Assembly: GCA_047495785.1 (NCBI GenBank)
Contig: JBLDXI010000001.1
Location: 186,001-250,000, forward strand
Length of the DNA: 64,000 nucleotides
Reading direction: 5' to 3'
Source of the DNA: Lepidodermella squamata
Taxonomy: Eukaryota; Animalia; Gastrotricha
Shown here in pieces: positions 39,272-51,600 of the stretch; position 1 is the stretch's first letter, and every line of letters begins with the position of its first letter. The notes under the pieces were generated by a model. That model was not told the origin of the DNA. It saw nothing but the letters and a program-made list of their open reading frames with translations, and made no database searches. A program made the translations under genes and the position numbers.

Positions 39272-42200
39272 AGAATGCTTGCCTAGCCTTGTAAATTTTT
39301 TGTACTCCATTGCTAATTTTATTCCAAAAATGTGTTGTATTGACAACCGTTAATCTATGCCTTCCCATCTTTTAACATTCTATTATTTCTTCCTCTGCTG
39401 TCCAGACAGGTGATCAAGTGACAAATACTCACCGCGAAACTTGTATTGTTAGTGATTAGATGAGCCATTTTATGTGGAAATAGCTTTCAGTTGACAAATC
39501 TCTATCATAGACAAAAAATTTCTTTCATTCAATATTAGATACTAGACAAATCTGAGAAGAAGCGCCCTAAATGACTTCGATTATTTTTCATTTTTTTATA
39601 TAGCATTATCGAAGTCCACTTAGTGCTTCGTGCCTTATATAGCTGTGTTTTCTACGGCAAATCATACTCAAATAATAGAATATATGCATTGAACTCGTTT
39701 CAGAATTATTTTCCAGGAATGTGATCCATGAGCAGCTACTACCTTTATTAGGTAGATTTAGCATTTTTTAAATTAAATATATCGCCGTTGTATTGTATTA
39801 TTTTTTTTTGTTATAGCTTTAGTCATCTAACTCAGCTATTTTTTTTTAATTGTGTTTTGCGAAAGTTGCGGAAATAAAGATTGTTTTGCTACGTCGCTTT
39901 TTTGTTATGGTTTTTTTTAGGTAGACCGCAATTTAGCTTCTCCGGCTCTTCTGCGGCGGGTTCTTGCCTCAGTATATTAGCGTAGTTCGAGCGGTGATAT
40001 TTAAATAAAAATAAAATGGAAACTGTAAAAATTGCACGCGTTGCACTTTTTCGGCTGCCCGCTGCTGATGCGTTACTTATAGCGCAGCAGTAGCCGGCTG
40101 AGGGCGAACAAAACAAAGAAATGGCAGCGCTCCACAAAGCTTGTCGTTTTTTGTCAAGCCAGGTTTGTTTTCAGTCAACACCGACGTGTGGGTTGATATT
40201 ATTACAATCAAAATATTTTTGAAATTTTTACGGCGCGGTTGGCTGTCCACGTCGATGAAATGAAAACACGCGTTTATTTGCTCACTGGAATTTAAATTAT
40301 TTCCAGTTGCGATTTCTGCCATCATCAGCCGCCGCAATAATTTTTCTCTCGTTCAAAACACTTCCTATGGGCAACACGCAAGAAAAGGCTGTAAATAGCT
40401 AGCGAAAAAGGTGTTAGTCGACAAATCGACTTGCGGACATTACCTTTAACGGTCACCTGGCAACGTAGCCCATTAATTAAATTGAGTGTCTCGTCTAAAA
40501 ATAAGGCGATGTAATTGCCTTTCGTTCAGAGCTGACGAGAAAAACATGTGAGCAGCGGTGCGTGCACCTCGTGACGCAAGACGCAAGACGGGTTCCCACA
40601 ACCGCACCCGTGGAAAGCGACAAGAAAGACGAGCTGTGGGGTGCTTGCGCATCGAACAATCGATGTCGATGCAACATTGAACCGGTGATGAGCGGTGTGT
40701 GTTTAATGATAGAATCTAGTCTCGTCGTGCAACGGATGCACGCGTTCGAGAAAGAGAGCGAAGAGATGATAGCGGCGTTTGTCTCACGTCGTTCTTGTTT
40801 TTGTTTCTTTTTGTTGTTCGCAGCGTCCGCCCTCACCTCGGCTGTCACTCACTGACCACCACGGAATACATCTCCGGTGTTATTTTTACCCGATGATGAG
40901 AATGAGAAATTCCGAAAGAAACACAACGCTCTTTCGTTCGCACCGTACAACAAACAAACAATACCGAACGGTTAAGCGGTCGCTGATATTTCAGATTCAC
41001 CAACGACGCCGAGGCTGCGATCTAATAAATGGGAGCATATTTTGAAAAATAAACGCAAACACAATGTGTAAATTGATTTGTTTTGATCGCTGAAATCCAG
41101 GCGAATTTTCAATGCGTGAAAACGACTCGGATGCCGAAATGACAATTTGATTATGATTCAGGCTCCTTGTACCGAGGCTCCAGTGTTATTTGGTTGCGAT
41201 TTTATTTCTATCATTTTCATCCTTTCCGAAATAAAAATGCTTTCCCTTGTTTGAAATGAACTGAAATAACGGAATCTTGCGAGACATGTAAGAAAAGCTC
41301 CTCTGTGTGGATTTCTTCTTCAGTTTTCAGCAGGCGCTCGTTACACGATGTTGTAATAGCAAGTAGTCGTAAATTTGTCGTTGAGAGAAGCAGTAAGCAG
41401 CATAAAGGCGCAGCATGCGGGCTGCTAATGCCTACGACAAATACTCGACGCTGTGGCGTGCGCGTGCACACACTTCGCCGGCCGACCAATAGCGTGCGTT
41501 CTTGCACGCGAGGACGCGCGCTGATTGGCCGACACGAGTCGCCGTCTTCGCACCTTCGCCTGCGCGACGATGGGCCACGGCTTTCTTCTCGTTTATACGT
41601 TCTTGTATATCTTCGACAGTTTTGGTTTCGGCTCCGTTATTGCCGAATATATTGCCTCTGTTCGTATTCACACTCGAGTTCACACCTGTCAACAGAAAAC
41701 TTCGCACTTTACTGTTCCTAGGCAATTGATTTTTACGAAACAAGTGTTAGAGCCGGTATCCGCAACACGAGCCTCCTTAAGTGAACTGTTTATAGCCGGA
41801 GAGCCGTCGAAAAACTTTTACGGCCGGTGAGATCGAATTAACTGAAAAAACGCCGCCAACTTGCGAACAACAGGCCGGCAGCGTGGCGAACCCCGCGTTT
41901 TTTACACCGAGCAACGCCACGACGTCGTCAGCAACTACAAACAGCGGCGCGGCTGTTGCCAGCTGCGATATCAGCCGCAGATCTTCGGCATCTTCCACCG
42001 CCGTCCCTGGATCTGGTTCATTCTTCTACTCGTCAACGCCAACACAAGGTAAGATAATTCAACTGAATCATTTTCAGCTTCAATCCTCGGTGTTAAACTC
42101 AGAGAGCTGCTTTAGGCAACCTTTCTGAGCTATTTAAAAATCATTCTCGAAATTGACAGCAGAATCTAGGCCAAAATTTGCTCCTGTAGCCTTTTCTTTT

Positions 42201-42833
42201 TTTCTTCATTTTTTTCAATTTTGCTATATAAGTATTATCCAGTTTTATTGCGGATCGTATCGAGTGATTTTTTTTCGATGCATTAGCGCATAAGTTACTC
42301 GGAAATACCTCCAAATCGCATTTTGCAACTCCAACGGGTGTGATTTCGCACTAGATCAACACGAAGGTGCGAGATATAGGCGCGACGTTCACTTCGAGGC
42401 GTGACATCCTATCCTCACCAGCCGCATTAGCTTCCAAGTCGCATTAGAGCTAATGGCGTTAATAGACAGCGCGCGCGCGTGCATCGCAGGAATTCGCCCG
42501 TGTGCGCGTTTATTTGTTTATTAGCTAGCCTAAAAAAGTCCGTCACTCAGCCGGCCGAGGCAAATCGCTGCTTAACAAGCGGCGCCCGCCGCGTTACGAT
42601 CCTTCTTGTGTGCTCGTTTAACGAGCCCCTCGCTGTTCGAACACGCAGCGCAGGCGTCCACGAGCGCGGCCCCCATCAGCGACGTCAATGCGCGCTCGAG
42701 CGAGCGCTGTTGTTCGAAGCCCGGCGCGCACGCTATAGCTTCCGTTGCACATATCTCAGTGACAGCCGTGTCAACACGGAGTAGAGTTGAAATGCAACCT
42801 AGAGCAAACACGAGGATTGAAATGATTTGAAAA

Positions 42834-45800
42834 ATGGCTTCAATGGCAGCAGTGAAAAAATTGCTCTTCTCCTCGCTAGATAACGGCGGCGCTGACTACG
42901 GCTACGACAGCAGCCGGGCGTCGGCGGCCGTGCTGCACGCCGCCTCCCGGTTCCACAACAACAACGCTACCGAGCTGTGCGACGACGTGAAAAACAGTGG
43001 CTTGCCGGACGAATCGCCGCTCGTTAATTTGCACAACTTCGTCGTTTCGACAGAGACGTTTTTCAACGCCTTTAGTCCGGATGCCGTTGCCCCTCCGCAA
43101 ATAACAACATCATCGTCGACTTGTGAAGACAAGGCGGCGGTGATGGCGAAAAACAGCGGCGGAGATTCGCTAGTCGACGACGGCGACGGAGCCGGCCGCT
43201 CGTCGTCGTCCGCTTCGTCGTCGTCAAACGCTAACAACGACTCGGCGGAGAAAAACGCGGTGGCCAACTCGACGTCGTCGTCGTCGGCCGAGTTTCTCGA
43301 ACTTGACGGCAGCGCCAAAAAAGCAAACAAAACAAGCTCGTCATTGGGGGGCGTTTACGCAAACACGCAACAGCAAAATCCACGCATCGCAAAATTGGCG
43401 GGCGCTGCAGGCTTGTCGGCGTTCCGCAACCACCCGTACGCCACGCCGACGTCGCACAATAACTCTTACAGCAGCAACGAGGTTTCATCGCCTGGACTGG
43501 CCAGCCATCACGCTGAACAGATGAATGCGGCTGCTGCGGCATCAGTAGCTGCAGCGGCGATTGGCAACGGGTTCCTCGGAAACCCGAACACGCTGCACCA
43601 AATCCACCCGGCCTATCGCGACTTTGACCAGAAGCCGAATCCGCAGATACCCTTCAGTAACGCCCCTTCCTCGTGGTCGTCTGGTTCCGGCTCGGTTTCT
43701 ACCAACTCGTCGACCGGTTCCAATTTTGCCGCATCGCGTTCGAACCTTCCAAACGGCGGGCAAATGACACCCATGGCTGGCAGTTATTCGAACAACGCCG
43801 CTAACAACAACGTGCTGCCTTATCTCTACCTGCTGAACCGCGACCTCTGGGTCAAATTCAACCGTCACGGCAATGAAATGATAGTCACCAAACAGGGGCG
43901 GTTCGTAAAAATTCGATAATACCCCTTTCACCTTAACTATTGATTTTTTTCCGTATTTTAGACGAATGTTTCCTTCGCTGATAGTGAAAATAGCCGGACT
44001 GCAGCCTCACGCAGCTTATCATCTCTATGTCGAAGTTGTGCAAGCCGACCCTCATCAGTGGAAATTCACGAACGGCCGATGGGCTGCGAACGGGATTGCA
44101 GATCTGGACGCGCCCGATCAAGGCGGTATGCGTTTATTTTATACTATTATTTACCACTGAAACAACAGTTAGTATTGTTGTTTTACTAATCGATGGGAAT
44201 AATTGGATCGATTGTTTGCCGTGTCACCTGTATCGGCTCGCTTTCTCATGTCGCGTTGCGTTGATTAGCGGCCAAATTACGGCCGTGCGCGTTCGCGATG
44301 GGCGATGGGCGATGACAGCCGGTTATCTCCTATGCGCGCGCATCACCGGCCGCGCATCATCAGCGCGTGTTTATTTTGCTAGCGTTGCGCAATTACAACC
44401 GGATTGTCGCTGGCTGCTGAGTTGTCTGCCTTGCGTCATTTTTGTTGAACATCAATCGGCAACCCGCTGTTGCCCCCTATGTCGTGTAACGACGACATCG
44501 CCCGTGTTGCCAAATAATATCGGCACCCGGACCCGTCACTCATTTCGTCTCGAGAGTTCTGATTGGCACCTGAGGTGCTAAAGGTGGCTATGGATCATTA
44601 TTTCATAATTAATGGTGCCCGAGCCACTGCAGCGAGCGAGCGAGCGAGCGCGCGCGCACACGATCGAACGAACGAGCGCGTTGCCAAGAAGACGGCGCGC
44701 CGACTTTGCATTTGCGACACACACATCAACATCGGCGCAAAAGACGGGCGAATGAGCGAAGGCGATTTAGCGAAGGAAAACAAATTGCCAACACGGCAGA
44801 AGGCAAGCGAGCGCACAAATATTAGCGATGATGAGCATCGCTGCGTGGCTCGTGCTCGCAGGTGAGAACAAGCTGTGCGCAAAAGAAGCGCAGTAAAGCC
44901 GCGGCGCATTCCACCGGCATCCGGTCGTTCGTCCTCCGTCTTCCTTGCTTGCTTGCTTGCTCGCTCGTGCCCGAAGTAGTAATAACAACGCTCGGTCTTA
45001 CAACGCCGGGCCCTAAATGGCAAAGTGAATTTTGATTAGGTAGGTGCAAGCGGCGAAACGCGAACGGCGGATTAGTCCAAATAGCTAGGCCACTGCGGCG
45101 ACGACTACCCGACCGTCAACAAGTCGTACGAACAACCGAAAAAATATTTTTCTACCCGCGATTCGACGCCCGTTCACACCTCGGCCGGCTTAGCGGCGCG
45201 CTGTTTTTGTTTGCATAGCACGCGCGTATCGTAACTCAGAGAATTGCGAAAAAAGTCGAACGTGCCATATCGAAGAATCGCGGCGTACACTGCTGATAGG
45301 TGCAGCTAAGATTTCTACGACAAAAAATGGATAAAAACATTAAGTAATGATAATAAACATCTGATTAAGGTTTTATGATTATATGGGACATGATACATGG
45401 GCGGAAACTAAAACGTGCCCTGATTCGGACGAAAATCTGTACGTAGACTCACAGCAAAGATGGAAATATGCGTCAGATATTTTCCAAGTTCATAAACCAT
45501 CGCAACTCCTGAAATCTAAGATCAGAGAAGTAATGCGTAAAGGATAAAATACCGAATTTACTCAAACCGATGGGGTTCCCCTCGAATTTAGACTTTTGAT
45601 GACTAAAATATAATATTATTAAAATTAATTATTTGTTATTTTAGCTACCAATATCATCTACCACCACCCCGAATCTCCGTGCTCTGGAGCAGAATGGATG
45701 TCACGGAAAATAGATTTTTGCAGCATGAAACTGACAAACGACCGAACTACAACAAGTGGCCATGTGAGTTGATTCGTTTCGCCATTTTTTATTTTCAATT

Positions 45801-47044
45801 AAATTCACTCCCCAATCAGATCGTCTTGAACTCAATGCGAAAGTACGTTCCGAGAATACACGTTATCGAAATGCCGATAGGGACGGGTGGCATCTTGTCA
45901 CCGAACCTCATGCTTGGACCTAACGGCCTGCTCGACAGTAAAAACACGCCACATTGGACCTTCACGTTTCCGGAAACATCGTTCATCGCAGTCACCACTT
46001 ATCAGAACCCTGTTGTTACGCAACTGAAAATAGGTGAGAAATAGAATTGTTCATGCTTAATGAGTGATTTTAATATTTATATTATTGATTGCGCCAATAG
46101 AAAACAACCCCTTCGCCAAGGGCTTCCGCGACTCTGATCGAGACTCTCGACCAGTTGTCAGCAGTTCATCGGGAGGCGGTGGCAGCGGCAACGGGGCGCC
46201 AGATGGCGGCGCCTCACACCGCGCCCGTGCGCACCCCTCGAGAACTTCGCCTGTGTCGAACGGCGCCGCGGCAGCCACTCGAAACAGCACATCGTCGGCG
46301 TTGTCGGCCGGTGGCGGTTCGACCGATTCGTCGTCGCCATTGTCGGCATCGGAAGTTCGTCTTCAGCAACAGCAACAGCAACAGCAACATCAGCAACAAC
46401 AACAACAACAACAGACGCATCAAGTGGTGGCGCCCCAGCCGACCTTCGCACTGCGCCACTCGCACACGCCCTCGCAGCAGCCGCAACAGCCCGGCGAGCT
46501 GCTGCTGGGCGCCGACCCCACCGGCGGGCTCTTCTCGTCGCACCTCGGCCCATTGACGCCGAACAGCTCGCGATCGATGATGAGCAGCTGGCAGGCGTGC
46601 GGGGCCAATGCCTGGCCCATGCTCGACATGGCGCAGCACAACGCGCTCGGCCAGCTCTACTCGCCGGTCTCGCCAGCTTCGGCAGCAGCAGCCGCCGCCG
46701 CGTCCGGACTTTTCGCGCCTCCGCCAACCTCATCCGCCTCCATCTTCAACTTCGGCCAGAACACCCCACCCGGCTCGGGCAGTGGCAACGGCTTCTGGCC
46801 GGTTTCGGCTGCCGCAGCCGCAGCGGCTCAGTACGCGCCAGGTCCCGCCGGCGGCCAGTTCGCCATACTTGGCTCAGGCGGATCCGGAGCCGGCAACTCG
46901 TCATCTTGCGCGCTAGCTGCTGTCATGCCGCCGGGTTCTTCCATGTCGGCAACTTCGATCCAGTCGGTCCTCAACGCTGCTGATTCAACATCGGCGTTCA
47001 GTCACCTGGCGTGGGCTGACGGCGGCGCTTCGTTCTACCAATAA
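42834..47044 (+). CDS. T-box transcription factor, Eomes/Tbr1/T-brain class
   Basis: Exons about 42834 (or 42880)-43900, 43962-44125, 45645-45763, 45820-46032, 46101-47044. T-domain [30 protein letters not shown]...VEVVQADPHQWKF...HPESPCSGAEWM...KLTN...FPETSFIAVTTYQN...[23 protein letters not shown] and YLxNRxLW are typical of the Eomes/Tbr1 class. A probable further upstream exon ends at 42048. Confidence 0.92.
46363..46413 (+). repeat. CAG/CAA polyglutamine-coding repeat in the T-box C-terminal exon
   Basis: Encodes Q9-H-Q-run. Confidence 0.85.
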
Positions 47045-48636
47045 CAATGTGAGCAATCATCAACCTTCGCAACTAATACGACATAGCAAAGAGATTTTGT
47101 CAAATTGATTAATTTTTGCCGCAGATAAAATGTGCATGAGATTGTAATAATACGTTTAATCAATTATTAACGCCTGGTATTTGTGCGAATATTTTAAAGA
47201 AAACCTATTATACCTAGCTGAAACTTCTCTCGGCCCGCCGAATGATGATAACTTAACTTTTTATTCTACAATGTGTGTTCTTTTTCATTGCCGAAACAAT
47301 TCCAGATCATAACTTTCTTGAGTGTACCTGTTGTCTTGACTATTTTTTCAGTATAAAAAGTCCCGTAACTTCATGAAAATTCCGAGTCGCAAAAATCTGC
47401 TAAATATACGCCGTTATTTATATGAAGTTAATCTTTTACAATGAAGCTTACCTATTTGAAAAATCCGTTTCTCCTGTATACATACTTATAATGAATGTTT
47501 GAGTTAATCAGCAATAACTTTCCGATCTCTTCTGAACATTCTTTTCCCAACTTTTGTAGTATGTAATGGTGTTGGGCTTGTTTGAGTCTTCAATATTTGT
47601 TAGATTTGCTGTTTTTTCTGCGCGACGATTCAAAATTAAAAACGAATATTCCTCATTCCTATCGTAATTTGATTCGATTTTCCTGCTTGTTTGCTGCAGT
47701 TAAATACTATATTGCCATCTCGCCGTCTGTGCGCTTAAGATTCGCCCGGTCGCTGGGCGCAGCTGGAATTTTTTGTATCACTTTTAAGCAAACTTGTATG
47801 TACAGTGATTACGGCGAAAGAGCAATGTTAAGGGTGTGAAGTAATCTTGAATTATTGAGAAATGCAGAAAAAATTGTTATTGCCTGTATATGTATGACGC
47901 GTGAATGATATAAGTATCGCAGCAAAGCATTGGCAAATAAATTGAAAAGATAGTTTTAAATGTCGGGTTGTTGTCAGCTATATTTTTTATTGAGGCGTTG
48001 AAGCCGTTGATTCAGGTGGATTCAGGTGAATTCGGAAGATTCCTAGGTCCACGATCTTTCTTCAACATCCGAAATTTCCAACATTCAAAGCATATGCTGA
48101 AGAATTTAAAGCCGGGAAATACGGAACAAAACGTCTCTCATCGCAACTAAATTTCTCCTTGGGACTGTCTACCATTGCTCTGGTCACACCTCTGATGGTT
48201 CAGCATCGCCAGAATCCTTCCTGCGTTCTGTTGAAAAGATAGCATACATGCAGGTTTTTATTGGTGATAATATTTATTCCGATAATTTCAGCACGCACAA
48301 CACTCACAGCGCCACTGAGTGAAATGGCCGAGTAGGTGATGATACGCGTCAGCAGCAGAACGGCAGTGTATAGCACGCCCAAATATATTCGGCAGTTGGC
48401 ACCGGACGGGCGGCCGAGCTCATCTCAGGGGCCACACCCGGTGCCGCACACAGCGATACAGTAAAGCACCAAACACAACAATTAACACGAGTCGAGTACA
48501 CGTATTGTTGGCACGGGGGATAGAAAGTGGCATCGCAGTGAATACAATGAGGAAATGAAGAACATCACAAGGGGAAAAACTTGATATGAGACAATAAAAT
48601 GAAGTCATTCAGTCCTTAAGTTCGAGTTATAGCCAT

Positions 48637-51600
48637 CTATTTCTTAGCAGCATCGCCGCTGGACGGGGGCGGGGCGGGTCCGCTCTTCCGCTGGTGAGCG
48701 CGGGCGCGGGCCAAAGCTTGTTCGGCGGCGTCAGCGCGCTCGAGGGCCTCCTCGAATTCGTGCTGCACCTTGCGGAACTTGGACAGGTTGAGGGCGGCGA
48801 TCTCCTCGGCCTCCTCGACCTGGCGCTTGTAGGCCTTCACGCGGGACTGCAGCGACTCGATGACCTGCTGCAGACGTTCCTGGTTCTTGCGGTCTTCCTC
48901 GACCTGGGCGACGGCCTCGCGGGCACGGGCATCAGCACGGCGGGCGACCTTGGCCGTTTCCTGGTGAGCGCGCTGTTCAGCGTCGAGCTCAGCCTCAACT
49001 TCGCGGACACGCTGCTCCAGGCGAGCGACGGCCTTGCGACCGCCACGCAGGCTGGCGGCTTCGGTTTCCTCGAGGCGGGCTTGGACCTCGCGGACCTGCT
49101 GTTCAAGGGCCTTGCGGGCCTTGTCCAGCTGAGCGGATTGCTCCTGCAAAACAAATGAGAATTAACGTTTGCAATTGTTACAAGGTTCAAATTCTTACGT
49201 TGGCAGCGCGCAGTTGGTCGACCAAGGCAGCAGCCTCGGCCTGGGCACGCTTGGCCTTCTCCTCGCCGGCGTTGGCGGCGCGGTGGGCCTCATCGATCTC
49301 CGACGAGACGGCGGCGAGCTCAGCCTCGAGCTTGCGCTTGGCAGCGGCCAGCGCGCTGTTCTGCAGCTGGGCGTCCGAGGCGCGCTCGCCAGCCTCCTTC
49401 AGCTCGGCCTCAGCGGCGCGGCGCGAGCGGTCGGAGACTTCAAGCTGGGCACGCAGCTCCTCCAACTGCGAGTGCACGGCGGCGGTGCGGCGCTCGGCGC
49501 CGGCGAGCTGTTCGCGCAGCTCGTCGCGCTGGCGACCCTCCTCCTCGGCCTGGCGCTGGGCGTCAATGACCTGCTGTTGCAGGCGCTTGACGGTCTTGTC
49601 CAGCTCGGCGCGAGTGCGGTTCGACTGGTCGAGACCAGCCTCAAGCTCGGCAACCTCCTGCTCGAGCTTTTTCTTCTGCTTGACGGCCTCGGTGCGGGCG
49701 CGGACTTCGGCCTCGAGCGAAGCTTGCATCGACTCGATGGCGCGGCTCTGGTTGCGGCGCAACTGATCGATCTCCTCGTCCTTGTCGGCGATGCGCTTCT
49801 CGATGTCGGCGCGGAACTGCGCGATCTCGATCTGCGAACGCTGGATCTTAGCGACCTCGGTCTCGAGCTGAGCCTCGGTGTCGTGCAGAGTTGCCTGCAG
49901 TTCTTGCTTCTCGAGCTCGAGGCGGCGCTTGGCCTTCTCGGTCTCGTGGATCGACTTGCCACCGTCGGACAGCTGGTCGACCAAGTCCTTGATCTCGTCG
50001 GCGAGCTGCTTGTTCTCGCGGCGCAGGTTGTCCTGAACGCCGTGGGCTTCCTCGAGCTGCGAGCGCAGGGTGAACACCTCTGCGCAGAAGCCGCGGGACT
50101 CGCGCTGAGTCGACTCAAGAGCCTGCTGCAGCGACTGGATCTTGGACTGGAACTCGCCAATGATCTTGTCGATCTGGCGTTGTTTCTTCTCAGCCTGAGA
50201 AGCGAAAGCCTGAGCGCGCTCAACTTCAACGGTCATGTCCTCAAGCTCGCCCTGGAGCTTGTGCTTCGACTTTTCGAGCGCGGCAATCTTAGCCAGCAAG
50301 TTCTCAATGGTCGCTTCGTACTCGTTGATGCGAGCCTGGATCTTGCGCCTGTTACAACGGAGTTGCATTTTAAAGAACTTTAAGATAATTTAAGAAAATC
50401 TTACTTGGCTTCCTCGCTCAATCCCTCACCACCTTCGCCGCTGGCGAGGCGAGCGCGCAGCTGTTGCAGCTCACCACCAGCCTTCTGCAGTTGGCGTTGC
50501 AGGTTGGCCTTGCCTTCGCTCTCCTCCTCGACCTGCTCGCGCAGGCGCTCGAGCTCAGCCTGGGCGGCGCGAAGCTCAGAGACGGCCTTGGCACGACCGC
50601 GCGACTCGTCCTCAGCAGTGTGGCGAGCCTCCTCAGCCTGCGACTGCAGGGCAGCACGGGCCTTGCTCAGCTGGCCGATCTGGTGTTCGGCTTCCTCGAG
50701 CTGGCGCTGGAAGTCAGACGCTTCCTGGACGGCACGGTTCTTGGCCGACTGCAGCTCCTGGATGATGCGGCCCTGCTCGTCAAGGCGGGCCTGGGCCTCC
50801 GACAGGTGGGTCTCAAGCTGGCGCTCGGCACGGTCCGAACCGCCGCGGCTGCGGGCCAACTGTTCGAGCTGGGCAGCGAGATCTTCAGCCTCCTTCTTGG
50901 CCGAGGCGCGCTCCTTCTCGGCGCGCTGCTTAGCCTTCTGCAGGTTGTCGACCTGGTCGAGCAGCTCGTTAGCCTGGTCTTGCGACTTCTTCTTCAGCTG
51001 GGCGAGTTGGGCCTCGAACTGCTGGCGCGATTCGTCGGCGTCCTGGCGGATCTTCTGCAGCTCGAGTTCGCGGCGCTTGTTCATCTCGTTGGCAGCAGCC
51101 GATGCACCGCCAGCCTCGTCGAGACGAGCAGACATCTCGTCGATCTGGCGCTGCAACTCACCGCGACCACGCTCAGCCTTGGCACGACCCTGGCGCTCAG
51201 CCTCGAGCTCTTCCTCGAGCTCCTCGATGCGGCGCTGCTGGTCCTTGATCTTCTTCTGCAGCTGGGCGATGAGCGAGGCGTCCTCTTCGATCTTGCCGTT
51301 CAGAGCGGTCATCTCGCCGTCCTTCTTGCGGAGCAGATCTTCGAGGTCGCGCTTGGCACGGTCGAGTTCGGCAGCGGCCTCCTGGGTCATCTTGAGGTCG
51401 CCTTCGAGCTTGCGCTTGGCCTTCTCGACGTCGGCGCGGACGCGCTTCTCGCGCTGCATAGCCTCTTCCATCTCTTCGACGGTCTGCTCGAGCTTCTGCT
51501 TGGTCTTGTTCAGATGGCTGACCTTGTCCTCCTCGGCTTGCAGGTCGGCAGTGAGCTTCTTGACGTTCTCCTCGAGGCCCTTCTTCTCCTTGCTCAACTT

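Noticed and set aside
45400-45620. Possible decayed non-autonomous element in the T-box intron (similar-looking tracts near 19200-19440, 23550-23860 and 62790-62990)
   Set aside because: No TIRs, TSDs or convincing alignable copies could be established by eye.
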